DNA of 63,097 bases, counting the filler, from Saprolegnia diclina VS20 (taxonomy: Eukaryota), in the NCBI RefSeq assembly GCF_000281045.1. It is 4 parts of 3 records of this genome, joined end to end, with 100 filler letters (N's around TTAATTAATTAA, not from the genome) between each part and the next. Parts side by side here need not be neighbours in the genome. Positions count along the whole stretch, not along the records: positions 1 to 27,667 come from NW_008246084.1; positions 27,768 to 36,276 come from NW_008246085.1; positions 36,377 to 49,112 come from NW_008246086.1; 1 more part is not named here. One strand, given 5' to 3'. The position numbers and the translations under genes were made by a program. This document shows, in pieces, positions 24,428 to 36,899 of this stretch. The number at the start of each line of letters is the position of its first letter. The first letter of the stretch is position 1. The notes below the pieces were generated by a model, which was not told the DNA's origin, made no database searches, and was given only the letters and a program-made list of their open reading frames with translations.

Positions 24428-26781
24428 GCCGCCACGGAAACTCCAAGATTTCGATGCACAGCATTCGGATGATAACCGGTTTTTCGCATCCGGACCAATA
24501 TAATCACGGAGCAGATGGTGTTAGCTTGGAGCCTCAAAAATTGGACTATCAAGTGGTGCTGCATACTAGTATCAAGATTGCAGGCTATGTGGTCACGTCG
24601 TGCGCTGCACTGACAAGAGCGACGAGCTCGTGGCACTGCCAGGATTGACAAGCTTCATTGGCTCGAGACGCTCCCTCGCTGCTTGCACTAGTGTTGAACT
24701 GGTCCTGGCCTTTCTTGAGCTGCACAAGCCAGAAGCGAAGCGTGGTCATGAGAGCAAAGGCGGCTATGTTTTGGTCCCGAGGCTTGTTGGTTTTACATGA
24801 GAAAGCTGCGCCGCCGATCACTTGTCCTGCCCTAAATCGCACAGCGAACGCTTGTGGCGTGCGCCAGCGTGGCTCGGGTTGTGGCACGGGGTTGTGGTGC
24901 AGCGCCTCCGAGCGTTGCTTCTTCGACGCACATCGTTGACATTGTAGCTTTGCCTTGTCGCTGCGCTGCCTCCGATGTACTCACTCGCACTTGTCTACAA
25001 TGAGAACTTTTGTATTGGAGGCAAGAGAAACCTCCAAACGAACGCAGCCAAACATTGCGTTGTTTTTGAATCTCAACGTCAAAGATGAACGCATATCTAT
25101 GCATGCAGAGATGCGCAGCGGGTTACTCGCCAAAGAGCGATGCCGAAGGTTGGGACGTCGCCAGACCAGTTTTTGCATCGCCGACAGGCGCACCGCTCTC
25201 CGTGAGGTCGTTGCCGCTCGCTGCCTGTCTCAATGTGGTCCCGTTTGGCGCTTATACACTGTAATATATCGCCCTCGGTATCTAACAACAGTACACTGCG
25301 GTGAATTCTTAAGAGCCTCGCTGTCACCGTAGTTCCAGCGGTATCGTCGCTATTTTGTTTTGCTTCTGCTCGCAGCATACTCGAGCGTAGCAGTCGTGGT
25401 CATAGCGTCTCGGCCAAGGCATCCGATTGGCGACGGCCCCACGACGACGATACATGTGCAGTAACAACACGACGCGCACGACTGTAGTAGCACTTGATCT
25501 TGCCTGCTTTGCCCTTCACAAACAGATGTTTTTTCAGCCGGAGGGATCTTCGAGACAGATGACGTTCGCTGATGGCGTCGTCGTGCGGCTGCACAGAAGC
25601 GTCAAGCAGGGCTTGACGTCAAGAGGGTTGCGCTACATTTATGTCGCTCGCTAGCGACCTAGGCGCACTTCGGTGGCGCTCACTTCCATTCATAATGAGC
25701 CTTAATACTGGAATGTGTCGGGGCGTGTGCAGTGACGGCATCGACGCGCCCCGCTGACGCGCCCAAACGAGCATACATTCACGCCGATCCTCCTCCGCCA
25801 CGCTCAAAGCGAATCTAGGTATGCAAGGATTCGCGAGAAATGACGACGCATCGCTTCTCAACGACGGGCAGCCATCCGTCAAGCGCATCGTCACATGCTT
25901 ACGTCGCAAACGAAGGAGAAGGAGAAAGCGACGCACCAAAGCGTCGATGCTTCGTGCCGAGACTTCCTGTCTCGGACAGTCGACAGCGCGTAGTACCGTG
26001 TATTGCTTTGCAGGCTACTTCAACGTCGGCTCGATGCGGCCCACATCTAGCATCCCTACCGTTCGCCTTCTTGCGCCTTCCTCTGCAGTCTTCTACATGC
26101 GAGCTACTTGGACGCAGCTGTGCCCCACATTCGTGCGTAGGTTGTTGCTCAAGTGAGGTACAGACTCACGACGAGAAGGTTCTCCTCCTGCCTTCGCACT
26201 GCCTCGTACGCGGCGAGTGTCGACCACGTCGGTGGTCGTCAACTTCAAAAGCAGACACTACAATAAAGCCCACAAGTTTGGGGACTTCGGTGCGCGACGT
26301 CCGATGGCCGCACGTTCCACCTGCACCCACTACGTCGAAGTAGAGTGGTACACGTTTATAGCTGGCGCCGCTCGAAGGAAAGGCGCTGATGGAAGCGTCC
26401 CACTATCACATTACGCTCGTCGTACCCAGAGTTCGGTGGACGATTGAGTAACAACCGTTGGCGGCGACGGGTCGCGGCCACCCACGCGTATGCGCTCTTG
26501 TCACGGCCTCTGCGATAAATCCTTAGTCCATCGACTGTATGACAATAATGCGACGCCAGTGCGAGTCCACTGGTCGCTGGGGATGTCGTGTGCAGTTCTG
26601 ATAACGTGAACACACTGCGATGCAGCGTACATGACCAGTCCAAAACATACAGGCGACCAGACGAGTCCCACGCGAACCAGGCCAGTGTGGGACGCATCCA
26701 GATGACGATGCTAGACAGGGGATTAGCAACTGGCGCAGTTGTCGTTGGCCTCAAAAGCGCTCGCACCACTCACTTTTCAAA

Positions 26782-27651
26782 ATGCAGGCGACACCCGAAG
26801 CGTCTGCGCCCATCATGAAGGCGGCACCCGAAGCGCCAGTGCCGATCATCACGTCGGGGCCGTTTGACTGCATCATCCGCAGCGCCGACACGCCTGGCCC
26901 GCTTGCGTTTCTGAACGGTCTCCCGTACTTTGCGATGGCGCAAATGCTCTTTGCCTTCAACGCGTTCGTCCTCATCAACTGGTACGGCTCGATCGGTGCG
27001 GTCATCGGTTCGATCCTCGCTGTCGCGAGCGCCGTCGTCGACGGGTTTGCGTCCAACAGCTTTGGTGAGAACGTGCGTACCTTGCGCCACAACGGCTTCT
27101 CCGACTGGACCGTGCTCAGTGCCATGACGTTCGCCATCGTGCTCGGCGAGGTCATGAACGTTGTCGTGATCCAGAACCTCGCGCCGCCCGGGTCGCTCGA
27201 AGCGCTCTTCTTGCCGTCGACGTACACGCGCTACACGCTCTTTGGCATCACGACCAACATTGTGATCGTCGAAGTGCTCTTCTACGTCGGCCACACGTTT
27301 CTCCACGAGGCGTGGCCCGAGATCCACGTGATGCACCACTGCACCGTCAAGTCGACCGCGTCGTCCAACTTGATTTTTGACCCGCGCGACTTGGCGATCG
27401 AGCTCGGCGGGCCCGGTGCGATCGTGATTGTCAACCATTTTTTGCTCTGGGAGCAAGACCCGACGATCCTCCTCGTCACGTTCCTCTTTGTAACGTGGGC
27501 GTACTCGATCATCCACCACGAGTGGTATGCCGGCGACCACGTCAAGCACCACGCACGCATCGACTCGGTCTACACGGTCTACGTCAAGCACCACGGCGAC
27601 GCGCGCAAGAACCTCCTCAAGGGCCACATCCGCCACCCGCCCAAAAAGTAA
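26782..27651 (+). CDS. Fatty acid hydroxylase / sterol desaturase superfamily membrane protein
   Basis: His boxes FYVGHTFLH, HVMHH, IIHH and HVKHH with TM segments; duplicated 11-aa N-terminus (MQATPEASAPI/MKAAPEAPVPI). Confidence 0.8.
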   Translation: MQATPEASAPIMKAAPEAPVPIITSGPFDCIIRSADTPGPLAFLNGLPYFAMAQMLFAFNAFVLINWYGSIGAVIGSILAVASAVVDGFASNSFGENVRTLRHNGFSDWTVLSAMTFAIVLGEVMNVVVIQNLAPPGSLEALFLPSTYTRYTLFGITTNIVIVEVLFYVGHTFLHEAWPEIHVMHHCTVKSTASSNLIFDPRDLAIELGGPGAIVIVNHFLLWEQDPTILLVTFLFVTWAYSIIHHEWYAGDHVKHHARIDSVYTVYVKHHGDARKNLLKGHIRHPPKK

Positions 27652-27667
27652 TCATTCGTGTCGTTCG

Positions 27668-27767
27668 NNNNNNNNNNNNNNNNNNNNNNNNNNNNNNNNN
27701 NNNNNNNNNNNTTAATTAATTAANNNNNNNNNNNNNNNNNNNNNNNNNNNNNNNNNNNNNNNNNNNN
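27668..27767. other. Artificial contig spacer
   Basis: N44-TTAATTAATTAA-N44 (stop codons in all six frames). Confidence 0.97.
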
Positions 27768-27889
27768 TCGTCGGTGGTGCGGTCCTCATCTTCTGCTTTT
27801 GCATGCTCGTCTACTCGATCACGTGCAGCATCCTCTCCATGTTTGAGTCGACGTCGTGCTTGGTCATTGCTGGCGGTGACGGCTGCTAA
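27768..27889 (+). CDS. 3' fragment of a folate-biopterin transporter paralogue
   Basis: VGGAVLIFCFCMLVYSITCSILSMFESTSCLVIAGGDGC*, nearly identical to the end of the 29843-31506 gene. Confidence 0.85.
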
Positions 27890-29811
27890 GCCTCCTTTTG
27901 TTTAGCTCTTTGCTATAATGTAGTGTCTTGTGTTTACTTGCATGGTTGCGCCTTTTCGCAGTTGTTTCTAGTGTCATTGAGCGCGTTAAACAGTGCATAC
28001 AACCATTAGGTCAGTCAATGACCACATCTGTGTTGAATATCCACTCCAGGTAGCTAGCTAGGAGTGGGGGACTTGCCTCCATTCGACTCGGCGGATGCGT
28101 TTCACATAAATATCTATCTATCGTCGGACACCGAGGGCTCGTTGCATGATAGTTTGTTAGCTAACACCTTGGTCTTGGACGCCAAGGAAATACCAGTAAA
28201 AACTACTTCACTTCACCAACTTCAGTTGCCACGATGGGAGGATGTACAGTATGATTTTGGTGCTGTTTCAATCTGTCTGTCAGCGTGCACCGGTGCCGAG
28301 GACCTCGAGTTCTATTCGACGCGGCCTGGCACATCTGGAGCTAGTACCCATTCAACGGAAAGACACATGTTGCATGACTCATCGGCCATCCAATTCCGAC
28401 CACCGCCCATATTATGGACGGTGTGCAGCTTCGACCATAGAATATACATCGCTTACTGACATGCGTCACTCGGGTCTACGTTTCACGCACAGATACAGAA
28501 GCCGGCAAACAGGGCTCTCCTGCTGATGTTCGCACGAAGCATGTGAAATAAGCTGGAGGTGCACATGCTAGCGCTAAATTCTTATCCGACGAAATGATGG
28601 TCCGTAGTGACTCCTTGCTTCCACCGAAAGCGTTCAGCATGCAGTGCGCTAATTAGACAAGTAACAACGAACTAGAAAAATGCGCGCGCCGGCGACAATG
28701 TCGGGCTGCCACATCCAAGAGAAACGTCGTTGAGGACGCTGTGTCATCATTTATGGCTGTGAGCGAGCCCCCAATCGCGTCGACATGGGTGGTTGTATCT
28801 CGGCAAGTCCTTAACAAGCCCTGTCCTACCAAGTCGTGACTAGTTGACAGCGCCAACTACCGAAGGGGCACACCGCCTTCAATTTTTTTTTTACGTCAAC
28901 GCGCAAAGAAAACGAATCGCCTTGGCTTTGGTGGATTAATACATGGAATAGGCCAGTCCATTTCTCTGATAATCTTCGTTCCGAGTTCGAAGCGAATGTC
29001 CATCTGATCCGACCCAGCGTTTTGACATTACGGATCGCTTGTTGTTGAAGTGGGTCGTCTATTACCGATCGGTTGGTCCCCGTACTAGTATATCTATACT
29101 TCCATGTACACATGATTGGGAGCGGACTGACACCGTCGTCTTGTGTCGCCACTGGACTTGTAGCTGGTATTGCAACACGGCATGGTAAGGTGCTACGTGG
29201 AGTGGGTTGAAGCGGCGACCGTAGGACGACACGGTCAAACGACAACGTTATTGGATCTCTGGCCACCGACTCGGACAACGTCCGAGTGCGCAGCACGCAA
29301 AGCTCGCGCCACACCGAGACTACATCACGCACAGAGCATGGGCCATTGTCATCTACATGGTCGGTGCCCCTCTCAAAGAGCTTCCCAGAGTCTTTCAAGG
29401 CGCATTACAACGGTGTAGAGTTGCACTTTAAATAAGAAACGCGTCATATCTGATTGCGAATCACCTGAGCCCGGTCGTTTTCTCACGCCACTGCCACGAG
29501 AGCGACAAACGCACCACGTTGCCGCCCGTCCGTTGACACGGCCAAGCGCACGAGAGTGATCGGAATGCGCCCGCCGCAGCCACCAAGCGCGCTCGCGAAG
29601 AAGCGGAAGCGCATCGAACACGCTCGTTCTCACCGGTCGTCCAGGGGTGGTACAGTGGGAGCACCCATCCAAGGCTGGTACGTTGCCTGCCATACAAATT
29701 GCCCGTCAACTTTTTCTACAGGTCCCGCGTCTGATTCAAGAAGGCAATTCGACGACGAGAAACGCCGAGGGCCCAGCGTGTCCCAAGTCCTCTTCACCGA
29801 TCGCACTTCAG

Positions 29812-29828
29812 TCAGTTTTGAATTTGCC
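29812..29828 (+). promoter_or_regulatory. INR+FPR-like element
   Basis: TCAGTTTTGAATTTGCC just before ATG 29843; equivalent TTAGTTTGGAATTTGC at 35663-35678 before the paralogue. Confidence 0.55.
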
Positions 29829-29842
29829 TCGCCACGACCAAG

Positions 29843-31506
29843 ATGCAAGCCAAGCGCACTGGTGGTATGGAGCTCCAAGAGCGCGTCTCGTACGTCTCGG
29901 CGACACAAGACAAGCCAGCGGGCGAAGACTACGACGATGGCAAGACGCCGGTCGACCTTGAAGATGGCGCTCTCCGCGCCGGTGGCGCGCCCGACTACTT
30001 GAGCCGCGAAGTGCTCGGTCTGCTTGCCCAATACGTGTGCGTCGGCCTCGTCTACGGCTGCCTGCCCAACATTCTCTACCCCGTCTTCACCGGCTACTAC
30101 CACATGACCGGCGCGCAGTACAACTCGGCCAAGACCCTCGTCAACATTGGCTGGTCGCTCAAGGCCTTCATCGGCATGATCTCGGACTGCGTGCCCATCA
30201 AGGGCTACCGCCGCAAGTCGTGGATGATGATCGGCTGGACGTGCTGCCTCTGCTTCCTCCTGGTTCTCTCGTGCATGGACCTCGGCGAGCCGTACTACCC
30301 GGTGGACGCCGTCGGCCTCAAGGACCCGATCGACCGCACGGCGGCCGACAATGCGACGATCAACTACAACGCCAAGGACAAGGGCGGTGTTGTCGCCATC
30401 CTCTTTGGCCTCGCGACGATCTCGTACCTCTTTGCTGATGTCCCGGCGGACGCTTTGGTCGTCGAGTNNNNNNNNNNNNNNNNNNNNNNNNNNNNNNNNN
30501 NNNNNNNNNNNNNNNNNNNNNNNNNNNNNNNNNNNNNNNNNNNNNNNNNNNNNNNNNNNNNNNNNNNNNNNNNNNNNNNNNNNNNNNNNNNNNNNNNNNN
30601 NNNNNNNNNNNNNNNNNNNNNNNNNNNNNNNNNNNNNNNNNNNNNNNNNNNNNNNNNNNNNNNNNNNNNNNNNNNNNNNNNNNNNNNNNNNNNNNNNNNN
30701 NNNNNNNNNNNNNNNNNNNNNNNNNNNNNNNNNNNNNNNNNNNNNNNNNNNNNNNNNNNNNNNNNNNNNNNNNNNNNNNNNNNNNNNNNNNNNNNNNNNN
30801 NNNNNNNNNNNNNNNNNNNNNNNNNNNNNNNNNNNNNNNNNNNNNNNNNNNNNNNNNNNNNNNNNNNNNNNNNNNNNNNNNNNNNNNNNNNNNNNNNNNN
30901 NNNNNNNNNNNNNNNNNNNNNNNNNNNNNNNNNNNNNNNNNNNNNNNNNNNNNNNNNNNNNNNNNNNNNNNNNNNNNNNNNNNNNNNNNNNNNNNNNNNN
31001 NNNNNNNNNNNNNNNNNNNNNNNNNNNNNNNNNNNNNNNNNNNNNNNNNNNNNNNNNNNNNNNNNNNNNNNCTCTTCATCGTCACGACGTTCATGATTGT
31101 CGAGCTCGCCGGTATTGGCAACGAAGGTATCGTGTACGGTCTCCTCACGACGGTCTCGAACCTGCCGTCGGCTGTCGGTCCCGTCCTCTCGAACCGTATC
31201 TACTCCAACTTTGACGTCAACGAGGACGCGATCATCTCGGACACCAAGCACGTGCGCAACCAGGTCGCGTACACGTACCTCATCTACTACGCGGGCTTCC
31301 TCATCGCCTGCTGCACGTCCTTCTTCCTCCCAAAGCAAAAGCTCCAGCTCCACGAGCTCCAGCGCACGGGCGGTCAATTCCCGCTCATCGGCGGCTTCGT
31401 CCTCGTCTTCTGCTTCTGCATGCTCGTCTACTCGATCACGTGCAGCATCCTCTCCATGTTCGAGTCGACGTCGTGCTTGCTCATTGCTGGTGGTAGCGGC
31501 TGCTAA
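29843..31506 (+). CDS. Folate-biopterin transporter (FBT/BT1, MFS); middle lies in an N gap
   Basis: LEDGALRAGG, GWSLKAFIGMISDCVPIKGYRRKSWM, DVPADALVVE, GNEGIVYGLLTT; gap 30468-31071. Confidence 0.85.
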
Positions 31507-32306
31507 TACGAAACCTCAATACATATGTTTGTGCCGTCCCAAACACACGTCTTCCCATTTGCCACGGCTTGTGCGCCGCCATCATAGTCTCGACCAGATT
31601 CGAAGCTGCGGAGCGAAGAGCTCAAGGAGGACAGTTATCACGGTGTGAGATACGAGCGATAGCAAGCTCGTCTTGGTGGCTTCTCATTGCGTCCTAAGCC
31701 TTGTAACTCTCTTCATCTTTCGTGCGACGCGGAAACTTCAGGTGTGCGACTACCCCGCAGTCAATACGAATATGAGCGTGCTGGTTTGGCTGAGAACACT
31801 TGGCGCGCGTCGCGTCGATAGCTGAGGAGTTGCCATTCGTCTCAGAGCAATGTGCTCGGGGCTCGATGCGACTGCATAAGCTTACGCAGCTGCGCAATGC
31901 AGCGGTCGAAACACATGTAGAGAGCTTGACCGATGTGGCGAGGGACCAGGTTGAGGTGGCGGCGTGCAACTGCAGCGTGCTTGAATCACAGTGAATGGCG
32001 CCGATTCCGAGCCACTCGTGTCCCACATCGCAGCGTGATGGTTGCATGCGACACGTCGTCTCTCTGAAATTCTCATTGACAGTCGAGTGTCGACGCAAAA
32101 CCAGAGGTGGTCGAGACCAGAGAGAGGAAGAACCAGTGGAGCAGAACCAGCGACTCGAACAAATAAGATCTTTGCTAGTATTGATGTGCGGGACGATGCG
32201 TTGGCGCGTTTATGCGACAGCCGGATCTGTCGTGGATGCCATCATGAGAAGTGTCTCTCGAAGGGCGGAGAAGGCGATGGGCCAGATCTAATTATACTGC
32301 GTCGTG

Positions 32307-34500
32307 ATGCTAACGTTCCAGTCGACGCTCGAGCGCAATGCGTTTCCCGTATGGCGCGAGCACTACGTGAGCTACCTCGAGCTCAAGTCGCTTGTTCAAA
32401 AGCTCTGGCGCCGCTCGACCTTTCTGCGGCGGCACCAAAAAGGCGACGAGGCGGCGCCGTGCCTCATGCCCCAAGCCAGCGACTTTGAAGCTGTGTTCGT
32501 CGCCAACTGCGTCCGCGTGGAAGATTGGTACAGCGCGCGCCTCGGCGAGTTCTCGACCGAGTTTGCACTTCTCGCGCAGCAGTGGACCGCACCACGCAAC
32601 GACGACGGTGCGACCAAGGTGCTCGAAACGACGTGCATCGAGCTCCACCGCCTCGTTCACGGTCTGTACAACTACGCGCGTATCAACTACACGGCGCTGC
32701 GCAAAATCCTCAAAAAATACCTGAAGAAATGCCCCACAGCCAGCGCCAACCACGACAAGCTCCAAGCCGAGCTCCATTCCCAAGCGTTTGCGACTGCCGA
32801 GGCCGCGCAGCGATTGGCAGCCGACCTCGAAGCTTTTTACACAGCCTCGTTCCACGACAACGACCGCGTCCTCGCGCTCTCGGAGCTCGACGGCTGGAAG
32901 GACGATGCGCTCGACTGGCGACACGTGTACATTGGCCTGAAGATGGGCGTCTGCTCCGTGCTGACGCTCTGGGTCTTGTGGCACTACGTGGTTTCGGGCG
33001 TCAGTACACGCGTCGTTTTGTAAGCTACGATGTGATGGGACCGCGCTTCTTACAATTGCCTAGGTCGCAGACCAAGGCGTACCCTGTCTACCGCGGCGTC
33101 GCGCTTCTTCTCTTCTTCCACTGGCTCTGGGGCCTCACGCAGTATGTCCTGCACTCGGCGCGCATCGACTACCTGTATGTTTCTTGATGCTAATTCCCTT
33201 TACTATGGTGACATTGACTAGATACATCTGCGAGCTCGACCCACGCACGACCGCCGACTACACCCACGTCTTCAACGACGCCAGCGACCTCACGATGGTC
33301 TTCTACGCCAACTTTCTNNNNNNNNNNNNNNNNNNNNNNNNNNNNNNNNNNNNNNNNNNNNNNNNNNNNNNNNNNNNNNNNNNNNNNNNNNNNNNNNNNN
33401 NNNNNNNNNNNNNNNNNNNNNNNNNNNNNNNNNNNNNNNNNNNNNNNNNNNNNNNNNNNNNNNNNNNNNNNNNNNNNNNNNNNNNNNNNNNNNNNNNNNN
33501 NNNNNNNNNNNNNNNNNNNNNNNNNNNNNNNNNNNNNNNNNNNNNNNNNNNNNNNNNNNNNNNNNNNNNNNNNNNNNNNNNNNNNNNNNNNNNNNNNNNN
33601 NNNNNNNNNNNNNNNNNNNNNNNNNNNNNNNNNNNNNNNNNNNNNNNNNNNNNNNNNNNNNNNNNNNNNNNNNNNNNNNNNNNNNNNNNNNNNNNNNNNN
33701 NNNNNNNNNNNNNNNNNNNNNNNNNNNNNNNNNNNNNNNNNNNNNNNNNNNNNNNNNNNNNNNNNNNNNNNNNNNNNNNNNNNNNNNNNNNNNNNNNNNN
33801 NNNNNNNNNNNNNNNNNNNNNNNNNNNNNNNNNNNNNNNNNNNNNNNNNNNNNNNNNNNNNNNNNNNNNNNNNNNNNNNNNNNNNNNNNNNNNNNNNNNN
33901 NNNNNNNNNNNNNNNNNNNNNNNNNNNNNNNNNNNNNNNNNNNNNNNNNNNNNNNNNNNNNNNNNNNNNNNNNNNNNNNNNNNNNNNNNNNNNNNNNNNN
34001 NNNNNNNNNNNNNNNNNNNNNNNNNNNNNNNNNNNNNNNGGCCGTCGCCCACGACACGAGTTTTTGGCCACCACCCGCATCAAGTCGCGTCGTCACGTCT
34101 ACTATGGTACGTCGTCTGCCACTACATGTATGTACGTACAAGTAATGAGTCGCGCGTAGCGGTCGCCATCGGAATCGATCTCGTCCTGAGCTTCTCGTGG
34201 ACGCTGGCGCTGATCCCGCCCGACGTCGGGTCGCCTCTGGGCACGGTCCTTCTCTCAATGCAGCCCATGATGCTGTTTATGGAGCCAATGCGTCGCGCCA
34301 TGTGGAGCTGCCTCGCGATCAAGAACGAGCACCTGCGCAACACGCTGGGCTTTCAATCGACGTACTCGCTCCCGTTGCACTTGGATCCACCGTCGTCGCT
34401 TGATGAAGACAAAGCCTCAGCGACCACGTACTTGTACAAGATTGTAGCTCTGAGCGCGGGCTTGCTCTGTCTCAGCGTAGCCGCCATTGTGCTTGGATAG
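32307..34500 (+). CDS. SPX-EXS protein (XPR1/PHO1/SYG1-like phosphate exporter), spliced and gapped
   Basis: SPX motifs WREHYVSYLELK and NYTALRKILKK; YPVYRG; RIDY.YICELD; EXS end RRAMWSCLAIKNEHLRN; gap 33318-34039. Confidence 0.85.
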
Positions 34501-35692
34501 CATGGAGAGTAGGCAGGTCAGAGCAACATTTGTCCAAGTTGGATATTCTAGATGCATATAGTACTAAATGCGGCCACAAATTCCTTCATTGTCTTGGCCA
34601 CGAGCCTCTGCAGCGACTACTCAGCGCTCTGGACACGCAATTTTGCCGCGACGAGGTCGTCGACCACCTTGACGGTAGCTCTTGACGGTTGCATCAATAA
34701 GATTGTGTTTTATAGTGAAAATAACTTGGTTTGACGACCAGAAAACACTTCTTTAGCCAAGAATGCTGACGATTGGGCCAACAACGACGCCGTCGTCTCC
34801 CGCTTCGCTAACACTACTACAACGTTGCATGAGTATTTCCGGATAACGCTCGCGCTCCTTACGATGCACCATGACTCAATTACCCAATGTCCATTCTTTA
34901 GTTGGGAGTCGCCGCAATTTGGCTCGGCTCCGAGCCGGCTTCAAAACTCGAGCTGTAGCCGACCCCCAAACGGCTTTGGGGAAACCGGCTAGCTGCACAC
35001 ACGAATGCTAGTTGACGCAGTCCGCTGGCTTATGCAACCCTTGGCAGGCGCGCAATCTTTTCCTCTCGTGCACCTCCTACCGCGCGATCATTCGCAAGTT
35101 CAAACCACCCCTGCTCATGTTTCTTGGCCCTTGCCCAATTGCCGCTCTAATAACGCACCACAGGGAATATGGAGTGGGTGGGGTGCGCCACCATATTAGG
35201 GCTGCAATGGTCGGGCGACCGTCAAGGAAGCAGTCAAGCGTCGCGTCCTCTCGAGCTGCTGGAGCGAACGAGAGAGAAAATTCTTGTCGGATCGCAATCT
35301 GCAAGGTGTAACAGCCCAGAGTGGGACGCCGTTTCGTTTTCTCACGCCACCACAACCCACGCAGCGCCGTCGGTTGACGAGCAAAGGAGCCCGATTCGAG
35401 CGTATATTAGCAAATGTGTAGATTATTTGGTGGGCTCGGATGACTGCCTTGCTCGCAGCCCTCCAGTAGACCCCCAAGGCCGCCACGTGGGCGAGCATTA
35501 GGGATCACATGGTCTACTCGTGTCCCCGGCTCCTTTCCCCCGATACAATTCCCAAGTCCACTTTTTCATCGGCGTCGCACGCCTGTGACGAAACGCTGGG
35601 AACACCGTGGATGCCATATGGCACGCGTCCGTGCTCAAGTCTTTACTCGCGCACGACTGCATTTAGTTTGGAATTTGCTGCGGGCCACACCA

Positions 35693-36276
35693 ATGACCTC
35701 CAACAAGCAGATCGGTGCCATGGAGCTCCAAGAGCGCGTCTCGTACATCTCGGCGACGACCGACAAGCCAGCGGGCGACGACTATGGTGACGCCAAGACG
35801 CCCGGCGAACTCGAAGACGGCGCCCTCCGCGCGGGTGGCGCGCCCGACTACTTGAGCCGAGAAGTTCTCGGCTTGCTCTCGCAGTATGTCTGCGTCGGCC
35901 TCATCTACGGCTGCCTACCAAACATTCTCTACCCCGTCTTCACCGGCTACTACCACATGACCGGCGCCCAGTACAACTCGGCCAAGACGTTGGTGACCAT
36001 CGGCTGGTCTCTCAAGGTGTTTGTCGGTATGATCTCGGACTGCGTGCCCATCAAGGGCTACCGCCGCAAGTCCTGGATGGTGATCGGCTGGACGTGTTGC
36101 CTCTGCTTCCTCATCGTCCTCTCGTGCATGGATCTCGGCGAGCCGTACTACCCGGTGGACGCCGTCGGCCTCAAGGGCCCGATCGACCGCACGGCGGCCG
36201 ACAATGCGACGATCAACTACAACGCCAAGGACAAGGGCGGTGTTGTCGCCATCCTCTTTGGCCTCGCGACGATCTC
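35693..36276 (+). CDS. Folate-biopterin transporter paralogue, 5' part, truncated by contig end
   Basis: MTSNKQIGAMELQERVSY..., closely matches the 29843 gene. Confidence 0.85.
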
Positions 36277-36376
36277 NNNNNNNNNNNNNNNNNNNNNNNN
36301 NNNNNNNNNNNNNNNNNNNNTTAATTAATTAANNNNNNNNNNNNNNNNNNNNNNNNNNNNNNNNNNNNNNNNNNNN
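36277..36376. other. Artificial contig spacer
   Basis: N44-TTAATTAATTAA-N44. Confidence 0.97.
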
Positions 36377-36899
36377 AGGAGGGTGTTTTGCGTTGTACAA
36401 CTCAATACTATTTTGTTACGTCAACACCCAGACACCGTGCTCCATCGCACATAGAAGTCCTCGGCAGCACCCTGTTCAAGGCCGCCATTCATTTATGAGT
36501 CGACATTTCTTCTCCTACGCGCTGTCAGCACCTGCGCCCGTCACACAGTTGCCGCGAAGAGCTTGCATTTGGGTCATGGATGGGCTCGCGTTCAATAGCG
36601 AGACGAATTACGTTGGAAACAGCAATTTTTAACGAGTTTTTAAAATACTCGCAGGCCTTCGATAGCCACGCGCGTTGCGTACAGCCTCTCTCGAGCTCGA
36701 GAAAGCGCCCCTGAAAATACCACAGCGATTTGAAAAGGTTACAAAAGTTTCGATTGGGACCAAAATGTAGCAAATATCGCGTCGCTAGCTAGTACTCGTA
36801 CTAGGTTCTGCCTCACTAGACCAAAGATGTTTAATTGATAAGAAGACTCTAAAAAGTAGTACTACTAAGGACGCATCTTGGTGGTGGTCGGTGCTCGCG

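Noticed and set aside
27712..27723. TTAATTAATTAA palindrome as a biological site or piggyBac target
   Set aside because: Centred in N runs three times; artificial linker
28064..29398. AT-richer ORFs as a mobile-element remnant
   Set aside because: Cannot assign any domain by eye
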